Below are positions 8,749 through 21,408 of a stretch of DNA of 64,000 nucleotides, one piece after another. The stretch is from Candidatus Dormiibacterota bacterium (lineage in GTDB: Bacteria > Chloroflexota > Dormibacteria > Aeolococcales > Aeolococcaceae): assembly GCA_963777285.1 (NCBI GenBank), contig CAVZPR010000002.1, forward strand, positions 1,101,972 to 1,165,971, in the 5' to 3' direction. Both the position numbers and the translations under genes were made by a program. Position 1 is the first letter of the stretch; every line of letters begins with the position of its first letter. The notes below the pieces were generated by a model. The model saw only the letters and a program-made list of their open reading frames with translations, had not been told where the DNA came from and did no database searches.

Positions 8749-9525
8749 GTGGAACTAGGGCTCACCGGCCGAGCAGCGTTTGTGGCGGCAGCCAGCAAGG
8801 GCATGGGCCGCGCGATCGCAGAACAGTTCGCAGCCGAGGGTGCGGATGTCGCGATCTGTGCGCGCGGATCCGCAGCGCTGCGCGAGGCCGCCGAGTCAGT
8901 GAGGACGCGCGGCGTACGGGCGGTGGACATCGTGGCCGACGTGACGGTGGCCGCCGACGTCGACGCGGCAGTCGCTCACGCCGTCGCAGAGCTCGGACGT
9001 CTGGACGCCCTGGTCGTCAACGCCGGCGGACCTCCGCGCGGTCACTTCGATGATCTCGACGACGGCAAGTGGAATGCGGCCATGCAGCTGACGCTGATGA
9101 GCGCGGTGCACCTGGTTCGCGCGGCGCTCCCTACGCTACGGGCATCCGACGCGCCAGCCATCCTTTTCGTGTCGTCGTGGTCAGTGCGCCAACCCATCCC
9201 TGGTCTGACTCTGAGCAACAGCATCCGCGGTGCCACAGCCGGCCTGGCCAAGTCGCTTGCGGGCGAGTTGGCACCGCAGGTGCGTGTCAACACGCTCCTC
9301 CCCGGCACGATCAGGACGGATCGTCAGATGGAGTTGGCGAGAGCATCGGGCGCGCCAGACCTTGACGACTACTTCAGGCGCATGGCGAGCACCGTGCCCA
9401 TGGGTCGAATCGGCGAACCGGACGAGGTCGCGCGCGTCGCCGTGTTCCTCTGCTCCCCCGCAGCCTCCTACGTCACGGGACAAATGGTTGCTGTGGATGG
9501 AGGTGTCATTCAGTCCGTCAACTGA
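8749..9525 (+). CDS. short-chain dehydrogenase/reductase (FabG-like SDR)
   Basis: In-frame GTG 8749. It has an N-terminal Rossmann motif AAFVAAASKGMGRAIAEQFAAEGADVAICAR, an NAGG motif (LVVNAGG) and the tail ..YVTGQMVAVDGG. Confidence 0.85.
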   Translation: MELGLTGRAAFVAAASKGMGRAIAEQFAAEGADVAICARGSAALREAAESVRTRGVRAVDIVADVTVAADVDAAVAHAVAELGRLDALVVNAGGPPRGHFDDLDDGKWNAAMQLTLMSAVHLVRAALPTLRASDAPAILFVSSWSVRQPIPGLTLSNSIRGATAGLAKSLAGELAPQVRVNTLLPGTIRTDRQMELARASGAPDLDDYFRRMASTVPMGRIGEPDEVARVAVFLCSPAASYVTGQMVAVDGGVIQSVN

Positions 9526-9543
9526 AGGCGGCGATCCCGGCAC

Positions 9544-10500
9544 CTAGCAAGTTGGTGCGCTGAGGATGGCCAGGATTCCTGGCAGGTTGAAAAGTGCGTG
9601 AACCAGGGCACCGGGCCACAGGCTCCGGGAGGCCTGGAAGACCACCGCGAGGACGCAGCCCACCGCGAAGAGCGGAATGAACAGCAGTAGCACTCCGTGC
9701 AGGGCGGAGAATATGGCCGCGCTGACGGGGACAGCCACACCTACAGGGAGCCAGCGTTTCAGCCAGCCATAGAGGAACCCGCGGAAGATGGTTTCCTCTG
9801 CGAGGGGGGCTACAACGCACACCACGATGATTGCGAGCGCAACGAAGTGCCCGTACTCATGCTGCACGGCGATGCACTGGCTGTTCTGAGCACTCGGAAA
9901 CAACCGCTGGCTCAGGCTCTGGAGCGCGTCCGCCATGTACAGCATCGCGTACGCAGCAGCGACGGCGACGGGGACCCACCACCACCTGAACCGTCGCCAC
10001 CCCAGGTCACGCAGCGTGGCGCCGCGCCGCAGGCATGCGAGCACGTAGATGTTGAACAGCAGACCGGCATAGAACGCGGGTTGTTCGAGGAATGATTCGA
10101 CGGCGTTGCGGACCGCGGCGTCGGCGCCCTTGGTAAGGGCATCGGCGAGGGGCAATGCGAGCGACTCCAACATCTGCGAGGCGATGAATGCGCCCGGCAC
10201 GAAGACAAGGAAGTCAGTCCAGTCCCACGGGACCTTCGATGAGTTACTTGCGACGTCGAGCCCGCCAGGCTGGGGGCGATCGTGACCCATACGCACCGCC
10301 CCCCAGATGAGGACCCCGGCACCAGCGAACGAGAGGAGGCCGAGGAGGGCTGCCGCCTGTTGGAGATACAGGAAGCCGAGGAGAAACAGGACGGGAGCTT
10401 CGGCGAGGACGATCGTCCGTGCCGCCGCCAACCGTCCCGAGGGCCGAGGTCGTAGCGGTGCGACCGCGGCAGCCGATCCTGGCTGCTGGATTTCAGTCAT
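9544..10500 (-). CDS. CPBP (CAAX/Abi) family intramembrane metalloprotease
   Basis: It carries the motifs ..APLAEETIFRGFLY.., ..SAAIFSALHG.. and ..GALVHALFN.. in a polytopic protein. ATG at 10500 (MTEIQQ) is chosen because the longest ORF (to 10620) would run into the divergent holB gene. Confidence 0.8.
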   Translation of the reverse strand: MTEIQQPGSAAAVAPLRPRPSGRLAAARTIVLAEAPVLFLLGFLYLQQAAALLGLLSFAGAGVLIWGAVRMGHDRPQPGGLDVASNSSKVPWDWTDFLVFVPGAFIASQMLESLALPLADALTKGADAAVRNAVESFLEQPAFYAGLLFNIYVLACLRRGATLRDLGWRRFRWWWVPVAVAAAYAMLYMADALQSLSQRLFPSAQNSQCIAVQHEYGHFVALAIIVVCVVAPLAEETIFRGFLYGWLKRWLPVGVAVPVSAAIFSALHGVLLLFIPLFAVGCVLAVVFQASRSLWPGALVHALFNLPGILAILSAPTC

Positions 10501-10565
10501 GCGGCCAGCCTCACTGAGGCGGCGGCCGCGCGCCCCGAACCGCGGGCCATGGAGACGTCGGCACA

Positions 10566-11696
10566 ATGGACCCGATGAATGTCGTCCAACCTGTTCTGGG
10601 TCACGGCACGGTGATAGCACGGCTGTTGGCGTCTGCGGCCGACGGACGGCTCAGCCACGCAACGCTGCTCACTGGGCCGGAAGGCGTCGGCAAGACGACC
10701 GCCGCCGCCACGCTCGCGACGGCAGTGCTATCGGCCGGCGATTGGCCAGGAGGCCCGGAGGCGCATCCCGATCTTTGGCTGGAAGACGGCGACTCCGAGA
10801 ATCTGAGCATCGAACGCGTACGCCCCGGCGGCAGGGACGGTCCGACGCTCCAAGACTTCCTGTCCCTGCGGCCATACATCGCGGAGCGGCGCGTGGCCAT
10901 CATCGGCCGGGCTGAACGGCTCACGGAACAGGCAGCCAATTGCCTCCTCAAGACGATCGAAGAACCTCCACCCGGGTCGTACCTGTTCCTGTGTGCCGCG
11001 CACTTCGAGCTCCTTCCCGCGACGATCCTCTCGCGCTGCGAGAACGTTCTCCTCGCCCCCGTGCCTTCGGCCTCGATCAGGGCCTGGTTGATCGCGACCC
11101 ATGGGGTCGACGATGAAGTGGCGGCGTTGGCCGCGACGCTTTCGGGTGGCCGTCCCGGTCGGGCTATGCGACTGGGCACGCAGCCGCACCTGCTGGCGAC
11201 CGAACTGGACTCGTTGGATACGTTTCTTGCCGCCGGCGGCGGCGGCGTCCCTGCCGCCCTGAGGGCCGCAGCCATGGTTGCCCCCGGCCCAGGGGCGGAC
11301 GGCCGCGAGCGCGGCCTGGCCAACATCGCCGCATGGATGGCGTTCGTGCGGGATGCAGCGTGCTATGCGAGCGGCGCCCCCGAGCTCGCCAGCTGGGCGG
11401 GCTATCGCTCCGCACTCGAATTGTGGGCTGAGGAGCTATCCCCCGCTCGTATCGTGGAGATCCTGCAACGTCTTGCATCCGCATCGGAAGCGCTCACGAC
11501 CTACGCGCAGCCGCGTCTGACCTTCGAAGCGCTGCTGGTCGAAATCTTCGGCAGTACAAACAGCCCACCTGCCGTACCTCCCGCCGAGCGCACCCGCGCT
11601 CTGGCCGCCGCGCGTGCTAGCGGCGCCGTCTCAGCAGGAGATACGCGACGCCGGCCGCGACCAGCGCGGCGGGCACGAGCCACGGCCGCCGGTTAA
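10566..11696 (+). CDS. holB: DNA polymerase III delta-prime subunit (clamp-loader AAA+)
   Basis: It has LSHATLLTGPEGVGKTTAA (P-loop-like), ..AIIGRAERLTEQAANCLLKTIEEPP.. and the SRC motif ILSRCENVLL. The last ~80 nt have lower GC3 and overlap a convergent small ORF. Confidence 0.75.
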   Translation: MDPMNVVQPVLGHGTVIARLLASAADGRLSHATLLTGPEGVGKTTAAATLATAVLSAGDWPGGPEAHPDLWLEDGDSENLSIERVRPGGRDGPTLQDFLSLRPYIAERRVAIIGRAERLTEQAANCLLKTIEEPPPGSYLFLCAAHFELLPATILSRCENVLLAPVPSASIRAWLIATHGVDDEVAALAATLSGGRPGRAMRLGTQPHLLATELDSLDTFLAAGGGGVPAALRAAAMVAPGPGADGRERGLANIAAWMAFVRDAACYASGAPELASWAGYRSALELWAEELSPARIVEILQRLASASEALTTYAQPRLTFEALLVEIFGSTNSPPAVPPAERTRALAAARASGAVSAGDTRRRPRPARRARATAAG

Positions 11697-11829
11697 GCAT
11701 GATTGCGGCGCGCTCGATCACCGCCGGGCGGCCAGCCGACACCGGCAGCGGCTCGTCTGTCATCAGCCGTATGGTTCCGGGGACTACGGCCTCCACGGTC
11801 TCGGCCTCACCCGAAACACCCTCGCCCAT
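11617..11829 (-). CDS. hypothetical small tail-anchored membrane protein (70 aa)
   Basis: The ATG is preceded by GAGAGGAGTAG (a strong SD) and GC3 is high. The acidic N-terminus is followed by a C-terminal TM plus basic tail RPWLVPAALVAAGVAYLLLRRRR. It overlaps the holB 3' end by 80 nt. Confidence 0.4.
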   Translation of the reverse strand: MGEGVSGEAETVEAVVPGTIRLMTDEPLPVSAGRPAVIERAAIMLNRRPWLVPAALVAAGVAYLLLRRRR

Positions 11830-11886
11830 CTACTCCTCTCGCACGAGCGGTTTTGCCGACGCCCCTGCGACCACGAAGGGTGGGGC

Positions 11887-12378
11887 ATGCGCCTGATCAG
11901 TCCGAAGCGCGTGGCGGAACTGTACCAGCAGGAATTTCGAGAGCCGCGGCGGGAACGTCTGTTCCTTTCCTCTTCAGCCTTCTTCGGCGCCTTTGGCGCG
12001 ACCCGAGGTGTCACGCACGCGATCCGCCACGGGCTTGGACCGTTTCACAACCTGAGCGCAGGCGGACGGCACATCCACCATCTCGTCTTCGGAATCGCCG
12101 GTCTTCTCGGTAGCGGTTACCTTTGGATGGTTCAGGCGGGGACGGGCCGCCGCGGAGACGACGACGCGCTGTCCCGCTTGACGGCATTGATCTACGGGGC
12201 AGCTGCCGCGCTCACGCTGGATGAATTCGCGCTCTGGTTGAATCTCGAGGATGTCTACTGGGCCAAGCAGGGGCGCGAGAGCATCGACGCGGTTGTCCTA
12301 TTTGGTGGAGCCCTCTCTGTAGGTCTCTGGGGACATTCGTTCTTTCGCCGGCTTCTCGAGGAAGCACGGCGACTGTGA
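11887..12378 (+). CDS. hypothetical membrane protein
   Basis: ATG 11887 (MRLISPK..); the longer ORF from 11614 would overlap holB. It has TM segments FLSSSAFFGAFGA, HHLVFGIAGLLGSGYLWMV, LTALIYGAAAALTL and AVVLFGGALSVGLWG. Confidence 0.5.
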   Translation: MRLISPKRVAELYQQEFREPRRERLFLSSSAFFGAFGATRGVTHAIRHGLGPFHNLSAGGRHIHHLVFGIAGLLGSGYLWMVQAGTGRRGDDDALSRLTALIYGAAAALTLDEFALWLNLEDVYWAKQGRESIDAVVLFGGALSVGLWGHSFFRRLLEEARRL

Positions 12379-12399
12379 TGCTACTGGCGACGATGGCAC

Positions 12400-13710
12400 G
12401 TGGCGAATCCGCGCCCCCTACCAGCTGACTTCCTGCTCGGCTGCGCCACAGCAGCCCACCAGGTCGAGGGCGGCACGGAGAACGACTGGGCTGTGTGGGC
12501 TCGCGAGGACCCCACCAGGATCGCCGACCAGAGCGACGCGTCCGTCGCGTGTGACCATTACAGGCGGTACCGCGAGGATCTCGAGCAGCTGGCAGATTGC
12601 GGGCACACCGCATACCGGTTTTCTGTCGAATGGTCTCGTGTCGAGCCGCAGCCGGGCGTCTTCGATCGCGGTGTCCTCGACCACTACGGAGACGTGGTCC
12701 GGGCGTGCCGGCGACTCCAACTAGAGCCTGTGGTGACGCTGCATCACTTCACCCTGCCGTCTTGGCTGGCCGATCGTGGAGGCGCGTTGATGCCGGACGC
12801 ACCTCGCCTCTTCGCTCGGTACGCGGCCGCCTGCGCCGAACGCTTCGGTGATTCGGTGCGCTGGTGGCTCACCATCAACGAGCCGGCCGTGCTCGCGTTC
12901 ATGGCTTACATGGCGGGAGCGTGGCCACCGGGGAAGCGATCGGCGCAGCGCACCCTGGAGGCCAGCGGAGGCTTACTGAGGATGCATGCCGCAGCGGCTG
13001 CCGCGCTCAAGTCGGTCGCTAGGAGCCACGGTTGGGACGTCCGAGTATCGATCGCTCACGCTGAACGTCCACAGCGGGCTGCTCCGAACGGGTCGCTCGT
13101 CGATCGAGGTGCATCCCTCGTTCCGAACCTGATGTTCAACCGGTGGTTTCTTCAGTCGTGCGCCACCGGACGGATGCTGCCGCCGGTGGGAACGGGAGCG
13201 ATCGTGCCGGGGCTCGCACGCTCGTTGGACTATCTAGGCGTCAACTACTACACGGAGGACACGGTGCGATTCGATCCAAAATCGCCGATGACGTTGTTCA
13301 CGAAGCCGGTCGCGAATCCTGGCCGGGGCGTCTCGTCGTTCGGCTGGGCCATCGATCCTTCCGCCATGCGCCGAGCGCTCGTCTTTCTGTGGACGCGGTT
13401 CCGCTTACCTCTGCTCGTTACCGAGAACGGGGTGGCCGACGTCAACGACGAGCTGCGGCCGCAGTTCCTGATCGATCACCTCAACTCGGTGTTGGACGCC
13501 GTGGACGACGGTGTCGACATCCGCGGGTACCTGCACTGGACGGCTTGGGACAACTTCGAGTGGGCAGAGGGCTACACAAAGCGGTTTGGTATGTGGGCCG
13601 TCGATCCCGATACGCAGCAGCGCATCGCCAAGCCGAGCGCCGCACTGTACTCGCAGATCGCCCGCAGCTGGCAGGTCCCCGCGAGTTTGCCTTCTTCTTT
13701 GGTGGCCTGA
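12400..13710 (+). CDS. glycoside hydrolase family 1 beta-glucosidase
   Basis: It has the GH1 N-terminal signature FLLGCATAAHQVEGG, the acid/base motif LTINEP and the nucleophile motif LVTENGVAD. Confidence 0.9.
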   Translation: MANPRPLPADFLLGCATAAHQVEGGTENDWAVWAREDPTRIADQSDASVACDHYRRYREDLEQLADCGHTAYRFSVEWSRVEPQPGVFDRGVLDHYGDVVRACRRLQLEPVVTLHHFTLPSWLADRGGALMPDAPRLFARYAAACAERFGDSVRWWLTINEPAVLAFMAYMAGAWPPGKRSAQRTLEASGGLLRMHAAAAAALKSVARSHGWDVRVSIAHAERPQRAAPNGSLVDRGASLVPNLMFNRWFLQSCATGRMLPPVGTGAIVPGLARSLDYLGVNYYTEDTVRFDPKSPMTLFTKPVANPGRGVSSFGWAIDPSAMRRALVFLWTRFRLPLLVTENGVADVNDELRPQFLIDHLNSVLDAVDDGVDIRGYLHWTAWDNFEWAEGYTKRFGMWAVDPDTQQRIAKPSAALYSQIARSWQVPASLPSSLVA

Positions 13711-16867
<3,157 letters not shown>

Positions 16868-17073
16868 AGAGTAGTCAGGAGCCCGGATCGCGAGCCGGAC
16901 GATGCTCGACGTCCGGACAGTTCGTGGGCCTGTGCGAGAACGTCGTGGCTTTAGGGCGCCTCGCCTGAAGCGAACCCCCAGCCGTAGCGCTAGGATCGCC
17001 CAGCGCGGTGGTTTACCATGGTTTCCCAGCACTCTGGTTGTGCGCTCCGCCCAGGTTGGCCCATGTACGAGAA

Positions 17074-18399
17074 ATGACTGAATCAGCCAGCGAACTCGCC
17101 GCGCGCGCCGAGGCCGCGCACGTGCGGCACGTCGATCTGCAGTTCACCGACGTGATGGGGGCGGTGAAGACCGTCACGATCCCCGCCGCCCAGATCGGCG
17201 ACGCCCTGGAGCACGGCACGTGGTTCGACGGCTCCTCCGTGGAATCCTTCGCCAGGACCGCGGAGTCGGACATGTACCTGGTGCCAGACCCCGCGACATT
17301 CCAACTCCTTCCGTGGGCTCAGGAACCGACCGCCCGGCTCATTTGCTGGGCGACCACGCCTGAAGGTGAGCCATACCCGGGCGACCCGCGTGGGGCTCTG
17401 CTTCGTGCCGTGAAGGCGGCGGAGCAACTGGGCTTCGAGTACCGGGTCGGTCCGGAGATCGAGTTCTTCATCCTCGAACGCGGCGACCCGGACTCGCCCC
17501 TGCGGCCGCCCCACGACCGCAGCTCGTATTTCGACTTTTCAACCGACGGATCGGTTGCGCTTCGCCAGGCAATGGTGAGCGCGCTCCAGAGCCTGGGTGT
17601 CGACGTCAACACCGCCCACCACGAGGTCGCGGCCGGACAGCACGAGATCGACATCGGCGCGTCTACCGCGCTCAAGGCGGCCGACGACGTGGTCACATTC
17701 CGCTATGCGCTGAAAGCGGTGGCACAGAGCAGGGGCGCGATAGCCAGCTTCATGCCCAAGCCATTCGACGGCCTGCCGGGGAGCGGCATGCACGTGCATC
17801 AGAGCCTCTTTCGTCACAGCGACGGTGCCAACGCCTTCAGCGGGGACGATGAGTACGGACTCAGCCAGGAGGCCAAGCACTTCATCGCCGGCCAGCTGCA
17901 CCACGCAGCGGGCATTTGCGCGGTCCTGGCCCCGTTGGTCAATTCCTACAAGCGGCTGGTTCGCGGGTTCGAAGCGCCCATCTTCATCTCCTGGGCACGC
18001 ACCAATCGGGGTGCGCTGATCCGTGTGCCGCACGTCGGCAGATCAGAGGCCACGCGCGTGGAGCTGCGCAGCCCGGATCCGTCGTGCAACCCGTACCTGG
18101 CCTTCGCGGTGATGCTCCGAGCCGGCCTCGACGGCCTCGAAAGACGGATGCCGCTACCGCCCCCCGTGGAGGAATCGCTCTATGGCTTCGACGACGTCGA
18201 GCTGGAGAGGCGCAACGTCGGGGTGCTCCCAGACAACCTGCGCGATGCGGTCGACGCTCTGGAGGCCGACCCGCTCGTGGCCGATGCCCTCGGCGATCAC
18301 CTCACAGAGCGGTTCATCGAGGCGAAGCGTCTCGAGTGGCGTGAGTATCGCGGGCAGGTCACGCCCTGGGAGATCGAGCACTACTTGGAGCGTGTCTGA
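17074..18399 (+). CDS. glnA: glutamine synthetase, short type I form (441 aa)
   Basis: ATG 17074 (MTESASEL). It has ..VDLQFTDVMGAVKTVTIP.., ..FDGSS.., ..GPEIEFF.., ..HHEVAAGQHEI.., ..MPKPFDGLPGSGMHVHQSL.. and ..NSYKRL... Confidence 0.9.
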   Translation: MTESASELAARAEAAHVRHVDLQFTDVMGAVKTVTIPAAQIGDALEHGTWFDGSSVESFARTAESDMYLVPDPATFQLLPWAQEPTARLICWATTPEGEPYPGDPRGALLRAVKAAEQLGFEYRVGPEIEFFILERGDPDSPLRPPHDRSSYFDFSTDGSVALRQAMVSALQSLGVDVNTAHHEVAAGQHEIDIGASTALKAADDVVTFRYALKAVAQSRGAIASFMPKPFDGLPGSGMHVHQSLFRHSDGANAFSGDDEYGLSQEAKHFIAGQLHHAAGICAVLAPLVNSYKRLVRGFEAPIFISWARTNRGALIRVPHVGRSEATRVELRSPDPSCNPYLAFAVMLRAGLDGLERRMPLPPPVEESLYGFDDVELERRNVGVLPDNLRDAVDALEADPLVADALGDHLTERFIEAKRLEWREYRGQVTPWEIEHYLERV

Positions 18400-18405
18400 A
18401 AAACA

Positions 18406-20070
18406 GTGACATCGCTCGCGATCACCGTCAAGGACATATGGCGCAGCGTGCTCCCCGATTCCACTGAGCTGCTGGCCGGCGGGGCGGGACTGGAGCGGCG
18501 GGTCGAATGGGCGTGCCTATTGCGCACCCGGCCGCCGGCGTTCGATGCCGTCAAGGGCGGCGAGATCGCATTCGTGCCGGTGCGCAGCCTCCGGCTCCTC
18601 GACGAACGCTTGGACCTCTCGCAGGTGATGACCAGTTTCGCGGAGAAGGGTGGCGTCGCGGTGGCAATCATCGGCGATGCCTCGGCACACAGCATCGATA
18701 TCGCGGACCGCCTGATGATGCCGCTGCTCCGCTTGCCTTCGTCATTGCACATCAACGACGTGCACCAGGCAAGCGTGCGATTCATCCTCGACCAGCGCAC
18801 CTTGCTGCATGAGCGCGCACAAGAGCTCCAGCACACGCTCATGCAGCTCGCGCTGAGCGGTGCGGGACCTGTCGCTATTGTCGACCGCCTCGCCGAGCTC
18901 ACATCATTCGCAGCCGCTTGGATCGACGAGCGCAGCGCCGTCCGACATGCCGCGGGTGCGCCACTCGACGACCTGAGCCGCGAGCTGCTGCCGCACCTGC
19001 CCGCGCTCCTCCGCTGGGGTGAGACGGTTGCACTCAGCGCTGCGGACCCGCCCGTGCACGAGCTCACCGCGCGCGCGCCGCAGCTCGGGATCGCCAGCCC
19101 GATCCCATCGCGTTCCGGGGTGGCAGGCTTCATCGCCCTCATCGCACACGGGCCCTCGCTGGACCAGGTTGCTCGACTCGCGGTATCGCGGGCCGCCTCC
19201 GCGTGCGCAATTGAGTTGGACCGTGAACGCGCCGTGACCGAGACGCGCGAACGACTCGAGGGCGAGTTCACGGAGTCGCTGCTGCATGGCACGTACGCGT
19301 CGGATGAGAGCGCGCGCGAGCGGGCGCGGCGCCTCGGCGTGGAGCTCGGTCCCGCGGTCGCCGTCGTCGTCGTTCGCGGAGGCGTCGGCGCGGGCCCCGC
19401 GTGGGAGCAAGCCGCGCTCGCGGTGACGCGAAACGGCATCCACCGGCGTCAGTCCAACGCCCTCGTCAACACGCATCAGGGTGCTGTCTGCGCGGTGCTG
19501 ATGCTGCAAGCGGATGCCGCCGACTCCTCGGTCAGCAGGCTGGTCGAGTCGGTGCGCTCCGAATGCGCGCGGGTCACCGGCGACGCGGCCACCTCTGCCG
19601 GCATCGGGCGGATGGGACTCGGTCCGGCCGCGGTTCGCGCGTCATACCGGGAGGCCGAGCAGGCGCTCGCTCTCGGTCGCAAGGTCCTCGGGTCAGGGAT
19701 GACAGCCAGCTTCGCCAATCTCGGTCTGCATCGCCTGCTTTTCGCCCTGGCACAGCACCCTGAGCTGACCGACTTCTACGAGGACACGGTCGGTCCACTG
19801 CTGGCGTACGACTCGCGTGGCAGCGGCGATCTCATGAAGACGTTGAACGCGTTCTTCGAATGCCATGGTTCACCGACCGAGACCGCGCACATGCTTCATC
19901 TGCATCGGAACACGGTGCTGTATCGCCTGCGCCGCATCGAGGAAGTGGGAGGTATCGACCTCGACGATGCTGCTACGCGCCTGAACCTGCACCTCTGCTT
20001 GCGCATCGGCGATGTGCTGCAGCTTGGTGGTGATCGGAAGCGTCGCAGCGAGATGCGGGTCGCGGGCTGA
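18406..20070 (+). CDS. PucR/CdaR-family transcriptional regulator
   Basis: It has the C-terminal PucR helix-turn-helix ..LMKTLNAFFECHGSPTETAHMLHLHRNTVLYRLRRIEEVGGIDLDD.. and starts 6 nt after the GS gene. Confidence 0.85.
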   Translation: MTSLAITVKDIWRSVLPDSTELLAGGAGLERRVEWACLLRTRPPAFDAVKGGEIAFVPVRSLRLLDERLDLSQVMTSFAEKGGVAVAIIGDASAHSIDIADRLMMPLLRLPSSLHINDVHQASVRFILDQRTLLHERAQELQHTLMQLALSGAGPVAIVDRLAELTSFAAAWIDERSAVRHAAGAPLDDLSRELLPHLPALLRWGETVALSAADPPVHELTARAPQLGIASPIPSRSGVAGFIALIAHGPSLDQVARLAVSRAASACAIELDRERAVTETRERLEGEFTESLLHGTYASDESARERARRLGVELGPAVAVVVVRGGVGAGPAWEQAALAVTRNGIHRRQSNALVNTHQGAVCAVLMLQADAADSSVSRLVESVRSECARVTGDAATSAGIGRMGLGPAAVRASYREAEQALALGRKVLGSGMTASFANLGLHRLLFALAQHPELTDFYEDTVGPLLAYDSRGSGDLMKTLNAFFECHGSPTETAHMLHLHRNTVLYRLRRIEEVGGIDLDDAATRLNLHLCLRIGDVLQLGGDRKRRSEMRVAG

Positions 20071-20082
20071 GCCGCGCGCGAA

Positions 20083-20122
20083 GGCGCCCAGCCATCGGGG
20101 GCGGTCCGATGGACTGGGCGCC
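20083..20122. terminator. GC-rich hairpin between convergent genes (putative bidirectional terminator)
   Basis: GGCGCCCAG(20083-20091)..ATCGG..CCGAT..CTGGGCGCC(20114-20122) forms a 9-bp outer stem plus a 5-bp inner stem. There is no clear U-tract, as is usual in high-GC genomes. Confidence 0.4.
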
Positions 20123-20140
20123 CGGGTCGGAAGAGAGCGA

Positions 20141-21259
20141 CTAGGTGAGCGTGTTGAGCGTGTTGCTCCCGTCATCCACGAAGTAGACGCCCGCACCGCC
20201 GGGGATCAACGCGAGCCCGAAGAGCGTGCCGGCGCCGGTGCTGTCGAGTGTCGCCGTGGCGAGCTGCTTTCCGGAGGGCGACGTTTCGACGATGTTGCCG
20301 TCGTTGCTGTTCACCGTCAGGATGTGACCGTTCGGCGCGAGGGCGAGGCCGAGAGGACCGTCGAGGCTACCGCCGGCGCTGACGTCGCGACCGCTGAACG
20401 CGGTGTTCTCGCGGCTCAGGGCATCAGGAATTGCGGCGATGCGGTCGTCCAGCGTGTCGGCGACATAGAGGACGCCGGTCGACGACAACGCGAGTCCGGT
20501 CTCTCCGATCACCAGCGCGGCCGGGTCACTCTTTTCGGCGAACCCCGATCCGATCGTGGTGCGTGAGTTTTCGCGAGGCCTGGAAACTTCCCCCGTATCC
20601 AGGACGATGCGTTCGATCGTCCCACGGTCCACGACGGCGCCGCGCGCCGCCACCGTCCCGTTCAGCACGTTGGAGACGAAGAGGATCGAGTTGTCGCCGC
20701 GGTCGACCGCGGTGAGATCCCACGGGCCGTCAATGCCGCGGCCGCTGAGCGTCTCCACGAGCTGGCCGCGGTTGTCGAGTACGAGCAGGCAGCCCGCCTT
20801 GGCTGTGGCTGCCGTCCCGTCCGTGGTGGGCAGGCTCCCCACGACGACCCATCGGCGCTGGAGGATCGCCAGTGCAGTGGTAAGGCCGACCCCGCCAGGG
20901 CAGCTGCCGCGCACGTCGTCGGCATCCAGATGAGCGAACGCGCGCGTCGCACCGCGCGGCGTCATCTCGACAATTGTGGTTCCGGTGCCCTGCAGGTTCT
21001 TCTTGTCGTTGAAGTTGCTCACCAGCACATCGCCGGCGACCAGGCGGCCCGTCGTGCGCGGAACGACCGCGACCCCGTAGGGATTCACGTCGCCATTGGG
21101 CGGCACTGTGGAACCGACGATCGTGATCGTCGTCTTCCCCTCGAGAAAGATGTTCGCAGCGTCCGCAGGGTGAATGGCGAGCAGCGGCGCTGCGACTGCG
21201 ACGGCGAGGGCAACTACGCGGGTATGTGACCTGATTCGCGGCATGTGTCTCCTCCGCAA
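20141..21259 (-). CDS. secreted beta-propeller repeat protein (NHL/YncE-like), function unknown
   Basis: It has an N-terminal signal peptide ..VVALAVAVAAPLLAIHPADA. Blade-like motifs recur: GDVLVSNF, SILFVSNVLNGTV, GVLYVADTLDDRIAAI, GHILTVNSNDGNIVE and AGVYFVDDGSNTL. Confidence 0.6.
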   Translation of the reverse strand: MRRRHMPRIRSHTRVVALAVAVAAPLLAIHPADAANIFLEGKTTITIVGSTVPPNGDVNPYGVAVVPRTTGRLVAGDVLVSNFNDKKNLQGTGTTIVEMTPRGATRAFAHLDADDVRGSCPGGVGLTTALAILQRRWVVVGSLPTTDGTAATAKAGCLLVLDNRGQLVETLSGRGIDGPWDLTAVDRGDNSILFVSNVLNGTVAARGAVVDRGTIERIVLDTGEVSRPRENSRTTIGSGFAEKSDPAALVIGETGLALSSTGVLYVADTLDDRIAAIPDALSRENTAFSGRDVSAGGSLDGPLGLALAPNGHILTVNSNDGNIVETSPSGKQLATATLDSTGAGTLFGLALIPGGAGVYFVDDGSNTLNTLT

Positions 21260-21408
21260 GCCGTTGGGTGCCTGCCAGACCCATACGGCCGAGGGTTACA
21301 CCGCTTCGCCGGACGCCCGGCGCTTGGACTGGATGCACAAGGCTGACCCCTCGGTATTCGTGCGCAAGAGGCGTCGATCGATCAACGCTGCCCCGCTAGC
21401 GTCACGTC

